Source: Phoronis australis (lineage: Eukaryota > Animalia > Phoronida). Taken from it: a stretch of 64,000 nt of DNA. Shown here one piece after another: positions 39,301 through 53,746 of the stretch (within the stretch, counting starts at the first letter, position 1; each line of letters starts with the position of its first letter). The DNA lies in NCBI GenBank assembly GCA_002633005.1, contig NMRA01000805.1, positions 59,656 through 123,655 on the forward strand, given 5' to 3'. The notes under the pieces are model-generated. The model did not search any database. It was not told where the DNA came from and saw only the letters and a program-made list of their open reading frames with translations. A program made the translations under genes and the position numbers.

Positions 39301-42300
39301 GGCACACAGCTGCCACAATTACGTTCCAGTAGCTGAAAAGTGGATATAATTTTCATTGAACACTAAGCACTTCAAAGTTTACTTCGCTGTTCAACCCCAA
39401 ACCAGACGACAGATCTGCCTTCCTACTGTACGAAGACTACGTGCACATTACAATGACGTGATTTGTGCTTAGGCTCTGCCACGTGCTATCCGCAAAAAGT
39501 ACAATTGTGTCGTCGAAGATGTCGTCGCCCTTTTTGTCGTCATGTGGACACTATCATCCTTCTTCTCTGTGTCACCATAGACTCTATGGTGTCAATGATG
39601 TCGCGTTGTCATAAAAAATTTTGTCTGCTTTTCTTGGGAAACACGATGTTTTTGAATGTCGCGTACAAATAAAGTAAAGTGAAGATCAAGCAAAATCCAA
39701 AGTAGCGCAGACCGGTAAATCGCGTTCTGCCAGACGGTTTACAAGTTATTTTACATTCACGCCAAGAACATTTCAATTTCTTTCCTATCACAAATTTATG
39801 TCCTAAAAAGTAACTAAAATCACCTACTTGAACTCCGTGATGCGTCTGAAGACTTCTCGAACACTTGGCGCAAACTCTCTCAAGTCTTTTGGTAAGTTGG
39901 GGATATCACTGATTACCTATAAAATATGAGTGGGCCATACACTCACGTAGCCAACCCAATTTGGCACTACGTAATGTGCGAAATGGAAATCGAAGAAACA
40001 CGTTGACTGTCTCTCCCAGTAGCATTTGATGGGTGATACTACATTTTCAAACAAAAATTGAGCCATCGAGTTAATGTGGTAAAAAGACAGACTGAAGAAC
40101 AAAACAACTTGTTGTCTTTACGTGGATGCACATGCTGAAGAACAACACGCCTTGTGCTATCGGCAACGATTTTTTCTCATTTACTTCAAAGGTGTAGCAT
40201 GAAAGTCTATGTCACTTCAACCGAATTGGGATGACTACAACCGGGCTAATTCGTTAAACTTCCGTAAGAAGTAAGGCGTTGCAAGAACTTTTATTTATAT
40301 TTTTTGCAGAACGTTCGTTGTGTGTTAATCACGGTAATCGTTACGCCCGAAAGAGGAGCTCAAGATTGCTCAGATGTCTGTTACTGTGCATACGCGTAAC
40401 CGCCATTTTTGTACTTTCATTGATTAAAAAATCCAACTTGCTTCTATTTCTAAAGCAACCATAGTTCACACGCATTGACACACGTTAGAGTAATGACCCG
40501 CAAAACTGGGTTGATAAAAATCATTGACCTCTTTTGCATGTGTTTTAAATGGCGTTATTATTTTTTTAGTGTCTTTTTTCAAATGTTTTATTGCACGCAG
40601 TTCAAATTCCATGCCGTTTATTACACAATTTACGTAAATACCCAGCCCCATTAAATGGACATTCAGGGTATTTAGGGTATTTTGCATTTGTAGTATACTT
40701 ATTAACGGATTTTGTAGACTGTCAATGCATCGCCATATATTGTGTAGAAAATGTGATGCAAAGACCTCATTAAAAACACAATCGGAAGACAATTTAACTT
40801 ATTGGATACGCGATGTAGAAATTGATTTAACCGATTCAACACAGCCACTGTAAATACCTGTTAATAGACTGTAAAATCACATTTTCGGGTATTAGAAAAC
40901 ACAATTTGTGAACACCGTGTAAATTGCTTTGTATTTCTGCTCAGGAAACTGAACAGAGAAATTTCTTGTTGTCGTAGTTTATCTTAGATAATTTCTCCCC
41001 CGGAAATAGTCTCATTCTCATTTCGAATGAGAAGCACGCGCAGTGTGTTTTGACAGTCCTCATACTATTGTGTTGGATGTCTTTGATGACAGTCAAAGAG
41101 CCTCCTTAATGCAATCCAATCGTCGTAAGAAGATATTTAGATTTTTTTTTCATATGCGCGCAGTTAGGTCTATGCGCCTTATGCATTTTTGCAAAAACAC
41201 TTTTGCTCAAGATTAGAACGTACTCGCATGCCCCTAAATTTGGATATAGGCGCAGCTTCACATATAAAGTCCATTCACATGCACACAATTACCGCGTAAA
41301 TACCCGCGCAAATACTCGGAAAGTCCAAATTCTCCATTCTTACTTGCATGTGCAAGCCCGGAATAGCGCACTTCTCCTGTTCGGGGATATATTGCCACTA
41401 ACGACTATGTTATTTGATACGCCGCGGCGAACATCAAACCAAGCAATTATGCTAACGGAAAATCTGACTTCACGCAAGCGCATTGCAAGCTACATTTCCG
41501 CGGAGTTAAAAGAAGTGGACTGAAAAATCTACGAGCTTTGTGGAGCCAGTCCCAGGTCTCTGGAGGGCTGTCCTGCACCAGGACGGACAGTGTGATGTAT
41601 GCCCAATAGGCGAAAAGTCTAGAGGTAATTTATTGTAGGTTTTCAGTGCTTTTAAAGGTCTTAAACCGGCGAACTGTCACATATTTGACCTCGGGAGTGA
41701 ATCCAAGTCGGGTTTACTGACGGCATTTTTTTACGAATTCTTTACCAATTTAACTCAGTTGGTGATAGATTTGATGCCACAAGATTTAGCAAGGACGACG
41801 ACAGGAGTGGCCTAGAAAATCGGGTTTCGTTAAAAGGAACTTCAGAACACATGAGAACGCTCGCGTTAACGGAATTAAGCGGGTTTAGGTTTCTCAGCAT
41901 GTGAATGAGACACAAGCACTTGGGCCTACATGAGTCAAACCACGGTAGCTAAATCATGAAACTGTTACTTGAAACAGCCAAGACACTGTGCATATTTGAA
42001 CTCACCTTTACTTGAGTCCATATCATAATCACTGCCACGCCCGAAAGAAATCCAGACAAGACGGCTATCGATATAAACTTCGTTATTACATCTGAAATTG
42101 ACATTGACGTACAACAAATTAATAGTAACATCTAAAGGCAATGTCAGAATGAAAATCGAACACCTGTATTTACATCGGAGACATTCAAGCTGTTTTTTGT
42201 CGTTGAGGTAACGAAAATAATACGTTTTACAAACCAGTCTTAGCTAAAATCAAAATTTATTTCCTTCTGAAAATAAATGATAACAGCCAGCGTTACATAA

Positions 42301-43747
42301 TGAAAATATGTGCCTAGGTGCCGCATGACACGGTGTTTACCTTTTAAAGACATTTGTGAGCGGTCATTCAAACGTAGATTATACTGAACAACTTTGCTTT
42401 GCTTGTGTATTGTCAACTACGGAACATAATTCAAATAATAAAAGTGCAATAACTGTCTTCAATCAACGAGAACAAATTTCTTATTTACCGACGTGAAAGA
42501 ATGCCATAAACAATTCTAGGCAGCCAGTCATCATTGACAGTATGGCCACGTAGGTGGCGTTACCAGGAACGGGAGTCTCACAGAACTGGAAACATAAAAT
42601 AGCCATAACAGGCGTCAGCCCGAGGGACACGTCTCTTCCGGATCCGAAGATGGCGTAAACGAAGGAGCACATAATTCCACTGTACAGGCCATACTGAAAG
42701 AACGCAAAGTACACAATTACTTTATTTACTAACAACAGACGTTTACCAGGAGTTCCGTAATCCTCGCTCTACAGTGGTATTTCCCCACGCCTAGCTGTAG
42801 TGCTATATTACTACAAGTATTAGGAAAGGCCGGCAACGGAAGAAAAGCTCCACCAGACTTTCGTACATTTAGCACATATTCTTGAAACACGTACGGTCTA
42901 CATGTCCGTTCATTTCCCGCGCCCTGCGTTTTTGACCGCAGACCATCCATGAACCGTTATGTATTAGGTTTTAGTTTGATCAGACCAACTCTGCCGATTC
43001 TAAGCCGATTTCGAAAATTTGACTTTTAACGTTCAAAAATACGCTAATTAACACATCTTTCGACCCTAAATTAGCCCCCTGCGCCCCACTAAATCACGTG
43101 CAGGTCATCGTAAGCATACTTACATGTGGCGGTACGTGAGCAATCTGCGCGAGAGCCAGAGACTGCGGAATGATGATCAGCGCCACCATCAGACCAGCCA
43201 GCAAGTCGTGAAGGATATATGATGGCCTGCATGGATTACGACATAATTAGCAATATTTTGCGAATCTGCACAAAATCAATCAATGAAAAAATCAACGAAT
43301 GAAACTGGTCGGTTTCTTGTTTGTGTACAATATTGGATTTTTTAGAATTGCCATGTAAGCAGACAATGTTGTTGCTTACCAAGAATAAGTTGCGATAGCT
43401 TTAGGTGGGGAAATTTAGAAATTGGCAACATAGATGCCACAGAGATGTTGATGCGGTACAGGTGGTCGAAGTTGGTCCTCCGTTTTGCGTCACCACAATC
43501 ACCGTGTGTAACGAATTGGACATTATTTCTCTAGACTGGGCAAATATCACCAGATAACTAATGACACATGTAATTTCAAGGCGATATTTGCTTACTTGTA
43601 CTTGGGTAGCCATATCGTGATAGGAACCATTCCTCTCAAGCTCTGCACACTTAGCTTGTCTTTTAACCAGTTGCGTGACGTCTTTGCATATTTACGGCAC
43701 TGCCTAACAAAGGACTCTCTGCCTCTGCGAAAGTCTGGCTTTGTCAT
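33394..43747 (-). CDS. SLC26A11: SLC26/SulP family transporter with STAS domain, sodium-independent sulfate anion transporter (SLC26A11)-like, 656 aa
   Basis: Exons (minus) 43747-43596, 43226-43124, 42693-42489, 42091-42006, 39916-39828, 39332-39278, 38972-38873, 38546-38356, 37975-37903, 37469-37358, 36521-36325, 36073-36015, 35767-35627, 35047-34942, 34386-34247, 33555-33394; all GT-AG, 1971 nt, no internal stop seen. Motifs: PITIWLPKY, DLLAGLMVALIIIPQSLA, YGLYS..VYAIFG, LEALAVGK, SQE..GVANLLG, KSQLGGVFTG, YIPTAALAAII, STAS VVIDFTHVYFIDTSG. The symbol names the subfamily; strict orthology is not shown. Confidence 0.93.
36770..37020. repeat. Degenerate short-unit array (ataggattcctattgga-like) in an SLC26 intron
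   Basis: Repeated tatagg/caatagga/cctattgga motifs in both orientations. Confidence 0.55.
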
Positions 43748-44103
43748 TTTCGTAGACAAATTCAGAGATATTTAGCGGTGCTAGAAGAGATAGTTAAAAG
43801 TTTCAACACGGAAAATTGTTAAATGTAAAATGCATTACTGCCGTACAAATAAGGCTTCGCCAGTGAGGACATACTAAAATGATCAGATGCATACTTAGTG
43901 AACGACGCCCATATATGACCACTCAAAGTGAGTGAAAAATTTTGATAGTGAAAGTGATTTTTGTTTTGCAAGAAACTGAATGCAATCGAAATTTTATACG
44001 TTTTCGAAATTGCACAGTATCGTAAATACTATTAGAAATAATTTGTTACCTTTCTCTCTTAAACAACTTTTCGATGAACACAATGAATGTACGAATGTCT
44101 TAC

Positions 44104-44185
44104 CTTGAATTATCAATGATAATCACGTTAACATAAAACTGTTTGAAATACTGTTTTAGTGCCAGGTGAGAGGATCTATTTATAC
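44104..44185 (-). promoter_or_regulatory. Candidate TATA box and short non-coding first exon of the SLC26 gene
   Basis: Minus-strand GTATAAATAG at 44185-44176, donor AAG|GTAAGA at 44104/44103, and acceptor tctcttctag at 43781 just upstream of the ATG at 43747. Confidence 0.5.
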
Positions 44186-45929
44186 AATGTGTTACCTGAC
44201 CGCCACGTTAAGCCTCATTTGACACAAATAAAAATTTGACCGGGTCAGGGTCAAAGAAAAATGTTCTTCTGACTTTTGTCATTTTACGCCCAATATTAGA
44301 TTTTTAAAATCATAACAAGAAATTGGTTGACTCGACTTAACTTTCTGCATATCCAACGCTTTGCAAATGTTAACTTTTTGCAGATGCAATGACTGAACAA
44401 ACGTTTGAATGCAACATAGGTCGTACGTGACTGATAAAATCGTGTCAACTCCAAGGAAACGTCAGCAGACGACTGCACTAGGCTACCACGTGACAATCTG
44501 CTTGCACGTTGACGTGCCGTTTTGAAGTTGTGATCGACGACACGACGTTTACCTTGTTGTTGTTTTTTTGAAAAATGAATTTTTTGTTGAATTGTTTAAA
44601 TGATGTCACGATTTTTGGTGAAGCGTTTCAGGTCCATCCCGCCTGCCGTCCTTGTCATGGTATCAAGATGCGACTCTAAAACACAGAAGATATCCCGTTA
44701 TTTGAGGTGGAATAACTAGACCTTGTATATCCGTATGTGAATATTCAACTTAAAAGAAGCCTTTAGTTTCCTTTGTTTTAATCTAATTCAAACACAGAAT
44801 ACTTTTCGCCGATCGAAAGTTATTATAAAAATGTGTACATTGCGTAAATTACAGACTTTTGGTATTGGCGCTTTTTTCTTCAAAGTTGATGAAGAGAAGG
44901 TTGGATGTCATTCGCTGTGGCGGACATTTAGTTGGAGCAACACCATACATTCAAAACTTCAAGCAGCATTTCACCTTGACTGGCTGGCTAAGAAATCGAA
45001 TTAGACTTTCTACTTTCATAAAACCGGTCCTAATATTCCTTGCCGTTGTATGATTCCATTTCCGTAAGCATCTCAAGTCTAAAACGCAATACGTATAACA
45101 TCTCCACGAGCCATGTTAGATTTCGCAAGATTTCGCAATTTTGTTGTTGACCAACTCAAGTTAACTCTGAAATGTATTTTTAAGTCGCTGATGGCTTCGA
45201 CGTACTTGTTGGTAACGGAAATACAATTGTATCACCGTAAGGAGTATTACGAGACCGGTTTTATGATAGCGAAATGCCCAATTCTAGTTTCGTTTTTAGC
45301 CAGTTAAACAGCGGGAAATGCACCTTTAAACTTAACATGCTTACATTTCTTTGTTTAAAAAAGATACTGTCATTGTGAAAGAGCGCGACTTGGGGAATGA
45401 ATTGGTTTTCGAATAATTCCGTTTTGTGAATTTTTTGGTTAAATATAGAGGAAGTGTGTCTGTAATGCCACCGCCAGGGTGCTCTGCAGTTGCACGCCTG
45501 TTTGATAACATGCTGCCCTATCACCTGTGGTTGATTGTATAAATAATGTCTGCCGCGCGCCGGGTGAAGACTGCAGCTGTTACCGCGATATTTAATGATA
45601 ATAGTAATCATTCTAGACTTAATTAATAACTCTAGCCACCATAAAGCTAACGCCAATAGAAATGTTAGATTGTTACACGTGCGTTAATTTATTACCGATG
45701 TTTTCCTATTTTTTAAGTCTTGTTTTGCGGCTAGCCTGCTTTGACTTGAAAAACGTATGTTACATGAAACAGTTTTGCAAATGCCTATGCTATGAATGTG
45801 TAAATCAATACAATTCGAAGTGAACTCAGTTTCGAGAAATACACTGAAGACCGTGATTAAGCCGTCCGACTTTTTATGTTCTTACATGCTTCATAACCAA
45901 TAAGCATTTTTACCCCCAAACCGCCGAAT

Positions 45930-47800
45930 GGTTCAGCAAACATAAACACAAACTCAACGACTGGATTACCTATGGGATTCTAAAATCAATATTAATGTAC
46001 GCGGTGATGTTTACAAAAAATTAATAATAATAAAACCACCCCTCCTGGTTTTGTTTTCTCCCACATTTATACAGTGACAGCATACTGGTATACTAAAATA
46101 AGAAACAAAGGGAGCCAAATGAAGCTCATGTATTATGAAAAGCAGTTTAACAGGCATAAACGGGATATTCGGCACGTTATCAAAAAACTAATTTTTAATT
46201 CTTCCTCCACAACTGTTCTCGCACACTTTATTAGCTCCGTAACATCTGTGCATGTTATTGGCAAACCGAAAATAGCTGATCAATTCAACAATTGTTACAT
46301 TAACATTGGGAAAAGCTTGGCTTCCCAAATACCCACATGCAATGGAGATTTTGAAGATTACCTGCGTGGTCTCACTGACTCTGTTTTTAAATTCAAAACC
46401 GTTGATGATGACGCTGTGTTAAGAATAATGAAAAATCTTAAGTCAAAATTCTCTGTAGATTGCGATGGCTTAACGTTCCACCATGCCTGGTACACCCCTA
46501 CCATAGTTGACTCCTATGGTGGCACTTGGGTCTTCGCCTAGACACAATTGCCTGTAGCGTTGCAGTTCGGAAACGGCCAAAGCTTCACCCCCACTATAGC
46601 CGACTCCCAAGACATGAAGACTAACAAAAAATATACCAGACTTCTATGCAATCCTATTTCCTTGATTATAAACCAATCTTTAATCACTGATATTTTTCCA
46701 CTTGATTTAAAAATAGACAAGGTATTGATCCCTATTTATAAAGGAAATGACACCGACAGTAACCACCTTGTGAACTACAGACTTGTTTCTATTCTTGTTT
46801 CTATTCTGTCAGCAGTTTCTGTGAAAAGACTGTTCATGATCAGGCATATGGCTATTTTTTGATAATAATCCGTATTTAAATCTCAGTATAGTTTTGGACC
46901 AACCATACAGGTAAAGAATTCACTGCCACTGAACTTGTCAATCACCTGTATAAAGATTTAGACAAGGGCTTGAAATCCAATTTCCATATTTATGGATCTT
47001 TCTAAAGTCTTTAACACCATTGATCACATTTATTTTAAAAATAGTATTGGTTTTCTGATAACGAGTTTCATTGATTACAAAATTATCTCAAATATGGGAA
47101 ACAATTTGTTTGTTTTGATACTGTCACTTCGTCTTATGTTCATATCTCTGCAGGTGTATTGCAGGGGTCTATTTTAGGACATCTCCTATTTTTAATTTAT
47201 GTTAATGACCTTACTCTGTCCAAAAAGTCACATTTCATTATCTATGCAGACGACACAAGTCTGTTATTTCCGTTGCATGTTAACAAAAGCCCGTGACTCA
47301 GTGAACAAACCATCAGTATTAGCAATAATATACAGGGAGTTTTTGATTGGTTAAACACCAATAAACTATAGCTCAACACAAGTAAAACTAAATTATGCTA
47401 CTTAAGTTTACTCAGAAAAAAAGTTATTGCAGCTGATATCCCTATAATTAAAATTGATAACGAAATTATCAATAAAGTTGAAAATTTTAAATTTTCGGTT
47501 ATTGTTGTAGACAGTCGTCTTTCATGGAACAAGAATGGTCAGGAAATTTCTAATAACATTGCTAGAACTGTCGGCGTTCTTTCCATAATGAAAAAATATT
47601 TTTCCAAACACACACTCCTGATGATATCTAATGCTCTTATACTGTCAAACGTTAATTTTGGCATAACACTCTGGGGGTTTAATAATTGCGCGAAACTAAA
47701 CTAACAAGTAATCACTTCATTACTCACACTGAACCAATTTGCAGGGAAAACAGAACTCTTCTTCTTCTTGACGTTTTTAGCCAAGCATGCTTAAAACTTT
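45930..47800 (+). mobile_element. Decayed CR1-group (CR1/L2/Daphne-like) LINE ORF2 fragment with reverse transcriptase
   Basis: DWITYGILKSI, IADQFNNCYINIG, LCNPISLIINQSL..FP..IPIYK..NYR, IFMDLSKVFNTIDH, GVLQGSILG.LLFLIYVNDL, YADDTSL (~47242). Many stops and frameshifts. Confidence 0.92.
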
Positions 47801-48087
47801 TCTTGCACCACATCTATGGGGATTTAACCGTGCGGTTTCTCAGTAGGTTCCGAGTGATTTCATGAGAGAAATAGCATCAATTACATCATTATTATATCAT
47901 ATTGTTTCATATCGTATTGCATTCTATTGCTTCCTGTTGTTATATATAGTTGTCTTTATTATTGTTATTTGTTAATTATACATACGTATTTTAAACTTAT
48001 CGGTGATCAGCTATTGGCTGCTTTTGCTGGCTACCCAATCATGTAATACTATTCTTTTATATAATGTGAAAATATATTAGCTTTGTA

Positions 48088-48145
48088 TCTCTCTTCTCCC
48101 CCCCCCCCCNCTCTCTCTCCCTCTCTCTCTCTCTCTGTCTCTCTC
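48088..48145. repeat. (CT)n / poly-C microsatellite containing an N gap
   Basis: Read directly; N at 48110. Confidence 0.85.
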
Positions 48146-51100
48146 AAACTAAGCTTTTCATGTCATGAAACAAGATCTATACGTGATGTTGTTCATGGGA
48201 CTCAAAAGAAAGACATTAACCCAGATGTCTTATGACCATTCATTCAACTGACACGGGCCATTAAAATGAAACGCTCCAATTTTAAGGGTTTGCTATTCAT
48301 CATTTTGAAATTTATTGTTTAGGCCAAAGAAACATGATTGATTCTGGTGTCTATCCTTACTAATTTTGAAACCTCATTTTGCTCGTCTCGGATGGATTCA
48401 TTATTTTTTGAAAAGGTGAGCACCACCGACTCATTTTTCAAAAAAAGACCAGAACCAATTATGCTTTTGACTATACCCTGACGACCATAAGTTAGTTCAA
48501 GTTGGGCGACTACAAACATTTTTGACCATACTCTTCCGCGACCGGCCGCAAGTTAGTTGTATGGGCCACTCTAAACATTCTAGTTTAGTTTTTGTTTTTT
48601 CAAACTGATACAGACTTTATGCATGTATCACATAATTTTCCCTGCCTTCTAATCAGCCTCGTGGGAGTAAAAGCGGAGTATGGGATAAGGACTTCCTAAA
48701 GTACAGGGTGAAAAGTGCTGATAATGTTGCTTTCAGCTTTATGAGCAATGTGATGTTAAAGTTAAATATTCGTTAAATAAACAGAGTGATGCGTATTTTT
48801 GTATAAATGGTTCTTTTTATTAATTAGCCACAAAATGCTGAAACAAAAAAGTGATGTTTAGCCCGTACACTAAATTGTGTACATGCTGTCAAGCTGTCAA
48901 ATGGTAAATTTGAATTCATTATTAGAGGCAAATTTGTTCACCACAACATACCGGTAACTAATCTAGTAGTTTTAAATGATTAATCCAAAGATTTATCTCA
49001 GTACAAAATAGCGCAGTACGTTCTACGTGTTTTTCTAGAGAAAATAATTAATTTGTCAATCCCAAAAGGGTGTGCTATTACATGTTAGGGAATTTTAGAT
49101 ATAGTAACAGAATTTTTTATGGTCAAAAATTAAAATATCGTGACATCAAAACAAGAAAACTCGTCACCTTGCATTCTCGGCTGAAGGTCGAGGCCTGTGT
49201 GAAAGGACATTGTGTACTGTTTACGAACTCCGATAAATGATTAACCTGTAGAAGCATGTACGGCTGGGCTTGTTTACCGGTGATTGCAATATTATAAACA
49301 ATAAACAAGTCGCGGTCTGAAAATTCCACAGTTCTAACCTACATCTTAGTCATAAATGAGTTTAATAGTAGATATTGTTAGAATTTAAAAGTTCTATCTT
49401 ATAACAGTGCTTTGAACGAAACGACCCTGGAATTTTTAGGTCGGGAAAATGAACCCTGGGAGACGAAACATTTCGTAAGGTGATCTTTTTCGTTTTGTAA
49501 TATTCACAATCATTTTAACCTTAAGCTAACTGTCGAGAAATTAGTAAATTAACATAATCTTCAGATACGCATCCGTCTATTTATGGCTATCATGCATTTT
49601 AAGTCATGATTTTACAAAATGCACCTAATTGAGACGCTTAAAGTGAATATAAAACATTCGGCATAATTCAAAAGTGTCAGCTTGTCGTTGCTTTTTTGTT
49701 TATCCTCAGCAGCATGTTTGCGAAAACACGTTAGCTTTCATTAGATAGTAAGTAGCTTGTTCCCTAACCTGTCCATCACAAACAGTTACCAGATGCATGT
49801 CAGCGTCAACAAGCAATGGTGTACCGCTCGTGAAATAATTAATATAAATTTGTCACATACATAAATGGCAGATACCAGCAAATATCATGCCATTTAGAAA
49901 TTTAGATTTTATTTGAAATTTCAGAATATCAACTCAATAACATGGTCAGTTAATGACACGATCGGTTAGTCTGATCGGCTGCTCTGTTTTTATAAGGAGC
50001 GTCCACACTTACGTTTTCTTGCGCGCGCTAACACGGAGCTCAAGGAGACCAGAGGAAATCAGTTGTCTGCAATAGCGAACGCAGTATTCGAACTCGGTGA
50101 GAGTTCGCAGCTAAACCAATGAGCTGTCGTACTGCCTTTGTGAAAATAGATACCAATAAAAATCTTTTTTTCCAAAAAATATCCCACAAAACGAAACAGA
50201 TCTGCATCTTTTGTAGTGCAGTTTTTGTATCTGAAGCGAAGAACAGGTGTCGAGACTGTTTTTAAGTTATGGCTCATCTAGTTATAAACAGCCTGGCGAT
50301 CATTCATCGTCGCTGGGTGTATGACGTGCTACATTCTACGACTTTCAAAATTATCGTTAAATTTATTTACCATCGATGTTTTCTAGAAATTCGCGCATTA
50401 TCCTTAAAAATACGGATGCATTCGAGCGCATATAACAGCAACGTCTCTCGTATCATTTGTGCATGTACATGACTGTGCTGATCGCGTGGTGACCGGGCAC
50501 CAGACGAAATTCTTGACATCTCATTGCACTTTTAACCCATACCAACAGTAAACAACGGAAATAAATAAAGACATAGAATAGACTGTCAAATTATGTTTTA
50601 ATTATGTTTTTTTAATGATTTTGATACCCCATGACATCGCGTGTAAGCGCGGATTCAGGGAGGGTCAAAAGGGTTCGTACCCCTGCCCAACCGCTGCGTA
50701 TGTCCAGTTTCACACTGGCCATCCGAAGGTCATGAGCCTTGATCAGCGCCTGAATAACGACTCCACATCGTGTTTTACAACTGATGAAGGCGCCCCGGAT
50801 GCCGAACTATCTAATTAAGTGCAGATATTTTATTTTACCAAGTGGAAAAACGGTTCCTTATTATCGGTACGCGCCTCAAGTTGCAAAGCACTACTAACGT
50901 GGCGTCTTACAAAAGTTCGACAATATTTCCGCATGAAATGCAATATTAAAAGTGACATTAAACTCGTGCTTTCTGTCGAAAAAGGTTTGATTAGGGCCAC
51001 TTACCGTTATGGAATTGGTCTTGTCTTGTATCTTGCTCAGATGAGACGGTGAGTCTGGGTTCTGGATAAACAGCCAGGAAAGAACTGACAGTTGGTCTTT

Positions 51101-51159
51101 TCATCAGACCAAGCTCATAAGATTTCAGGTCAAGGTATGACCTTAGTATGAGCATGGAA

Positions 51160-52733
51160 CACTAGGAATGCCAACTTCGGTCTCAGGTTTGCGCCGGGCA
51201 TACGCGTGGGTAGTTGTTCGCAATAGTTCGTTCCCGTGTTGTTTCTTGCTATGGAATATAATTCTTATGGTGGAATTTTTGTTTAGTACAATCGGAGAAC
51301 TGTTATCACCGTAAATTTCTTTCGAGCAAAGCCATCTTGATGCATTATAGAATAATAATTTCGAAAGCTCCTTAAAATATGGTCACGTGATCAAGCTCCA
51401 CTTGATCTCTAATACGATTCCAAAATGACCAATAATAATACAAACACGCCATGTATTTTTAACACTTGACCAATGGGAAAGTGTCACCTCTTTTTGTCAC
51501 TTAACCTTTCGCAACTCCGCTGGTTTTGAATTGAATTGCATAAAAGCCATATCACTAGAAAGCCCTTTATGAACCTTTGATGAAGAACGACTACACAAAA
51601 AATAAATTACTGAATTTGTAAATAATTATTGTTTTGCATGTCTGATAGGTTAGAAAGTTTATTTTATGTGTTACCAAAAATGCAAGAAAAGAGTGCAACA
51701 ATGGAATTCTTCATGTACTAATTGGCTGATTAATTAACTTATTAATCAACTAATTAACTTGTTATGTCAATTAATTTAAAGTATAATATTAACATAAAAG
51801 GGAAATCATTAGTTACATCAAAAGGAAAATAGTTTCATGGATTCAGAAGACAAAAACAAAAGATTTTAGAATATGGGTCCTTCAAGGTTGCTGTGAAGAA
51901 TTTATACATTTTTATATATTATTTGGACCGGTGGTGCCGTTTAGTGTATTTGCATTCTTCAGTAAAAATTCAGGTTGCAATGACCTAATAAACTGACTAC
52001 TCCAACTGGCTATGCGAAACTTGCAAATAAGGGTTTTCTGATAGGTGAAATATGGGCAAACATCTGTTGTGTAGCTTTGAAATATACTGTTGATAGATCA
52101 GGTTACAGTTTAGGATTTTACATAGAAATGTAGCAACTAACTCATTTCTTCACAAAGTGAAAATTAGTAATACTGATACATGACGTGTGTGTAACTGTAA
52201 ACAAGAGAAATTGGAACACATATTAACGATTGTTATGTTACTAAAGAAAATGAACTTTGGAAAATAACAACATTCATAACAAAGAGACAGTGTTATTTGG
52301 AGCACAACATTTGTTGCGTAGTTGTCAACATTTGAGAATGAACTACTAGATTGAAAAGCGGAAATCTGGGTCTATGCCAAAACAAGGGAAGTGTTCGCCG
52401 CGACACACAAAGACGTCCCGATAGCGTTTTCTGTCGCCCGGGAGATTGCGGGTGCCGTAACACCCAAAAGAGTCCGATGGCGTTTCTGATTCTTTAGTCG
52501 AACGGGAAAATGGGGCTATGTCGCGTGGGAAACCACAAGTAGTATATGGTGATAAGTGAACAATCGCCGAGTGTCAAACAGCGGGACATCTTGATGGTGT
52601 CACGGAAAGGCGGTAAAAACTTCAAAAAAATGGGAGCGGGACAGTTAACAAGTATGACTTTGGTAACACAAAGTATTGGATTGTATTCGTTTACAAGATA
52701 AACTTTTCATTTTTTAATTTTATTTCGCGAGTA
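51160..52733 (+). mobile_element. Diverged copy of the 19862-21194 element, opposite orientation
   Basis: ggaatgccaacttcgg..ggtttgcgccgggcatacgcgtggg at the left; acaagataaacttttcattttttaattttatttcgcgagta at the right matches the reverse complement of 19862-19920. Confidence 0.6.
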
Positions 52734-53746
52734 CCGGTAATTACTATACATTAGTTTATCGCTCAGAAATCGAATTAACATTATAGCTGGGCAAAAGGTA
52801 AACGTTGCACAAATAAGTTCTTACATAAACAATAATACAACTCTACATGCACTCACACTACACACACGCGCACTTAACTACTTACGTAAATATACGAGTA
52901 TTTTTTCGTAAGTCGAGTTAACACATCTGTTAATGAACTTCTTATTTATAATTTCAGAACAAACACTCAGAAACCAAATTACACTACTTTCTGTAAAATA
53001 CTGTAACATGATTTTAACACCCAAAAATATCTGGTTGAAAAACTCGTAACATGCAGTTTGAAGGTAGCTTGTCGAAAGTGGCTACAGATTTTCGTTCAGC
53101 ATCTAATATACGTCAATGCTTACATGATAATTTTTACCAACTATGTATTAAACTCTTGTTAAAATATAATTGCTGTTATAAATCGGAACAGAGATGTTTT
53201 CAGGCTACGCTCATTATATGTCACGTGATCAACGTAATGCGGGTAGGAACACTAATAATTTTTACTATACAGTTGAAATATTTGCAAATGAGTTGTTATT
53301 AACTGTTTCAGAGATGGAAATAAATATTTTTTAAAAGTAATTATTTATGATTATTATTCAGTAGGTTTGGTGTGATTTTTTCTTTACCAAATCTCTTTTG
53401 ATTTATGATACATAAGGACGGCAAAAGCTACAAATTAAAACCAAGTCCAAGCTAAAGATAGTCAACGCATTGCTGAAGTCTCAGTCCAGGTACTGCGTTA
53501 ATGTGCCAACTATGCTAGGTTTGGCACCGAACAAGGCCACGCTGAACTCTTTAGAAGCAATCATTATGTTGTCTTAGTTTTTCTGTCATTAGTATCACTG
53601 ACTCCTACACCTTAGCTCACACAAAGCCAAACATTTCAACATGAAATCGCAGACTTCATACTGAAATAAAGTCAGCATGGACATTTTTAATGTATTAGTC
53701 GAAAGAAAACTGCACAGGGGTTCGACCTTTTCTCTATCAGGATTAT

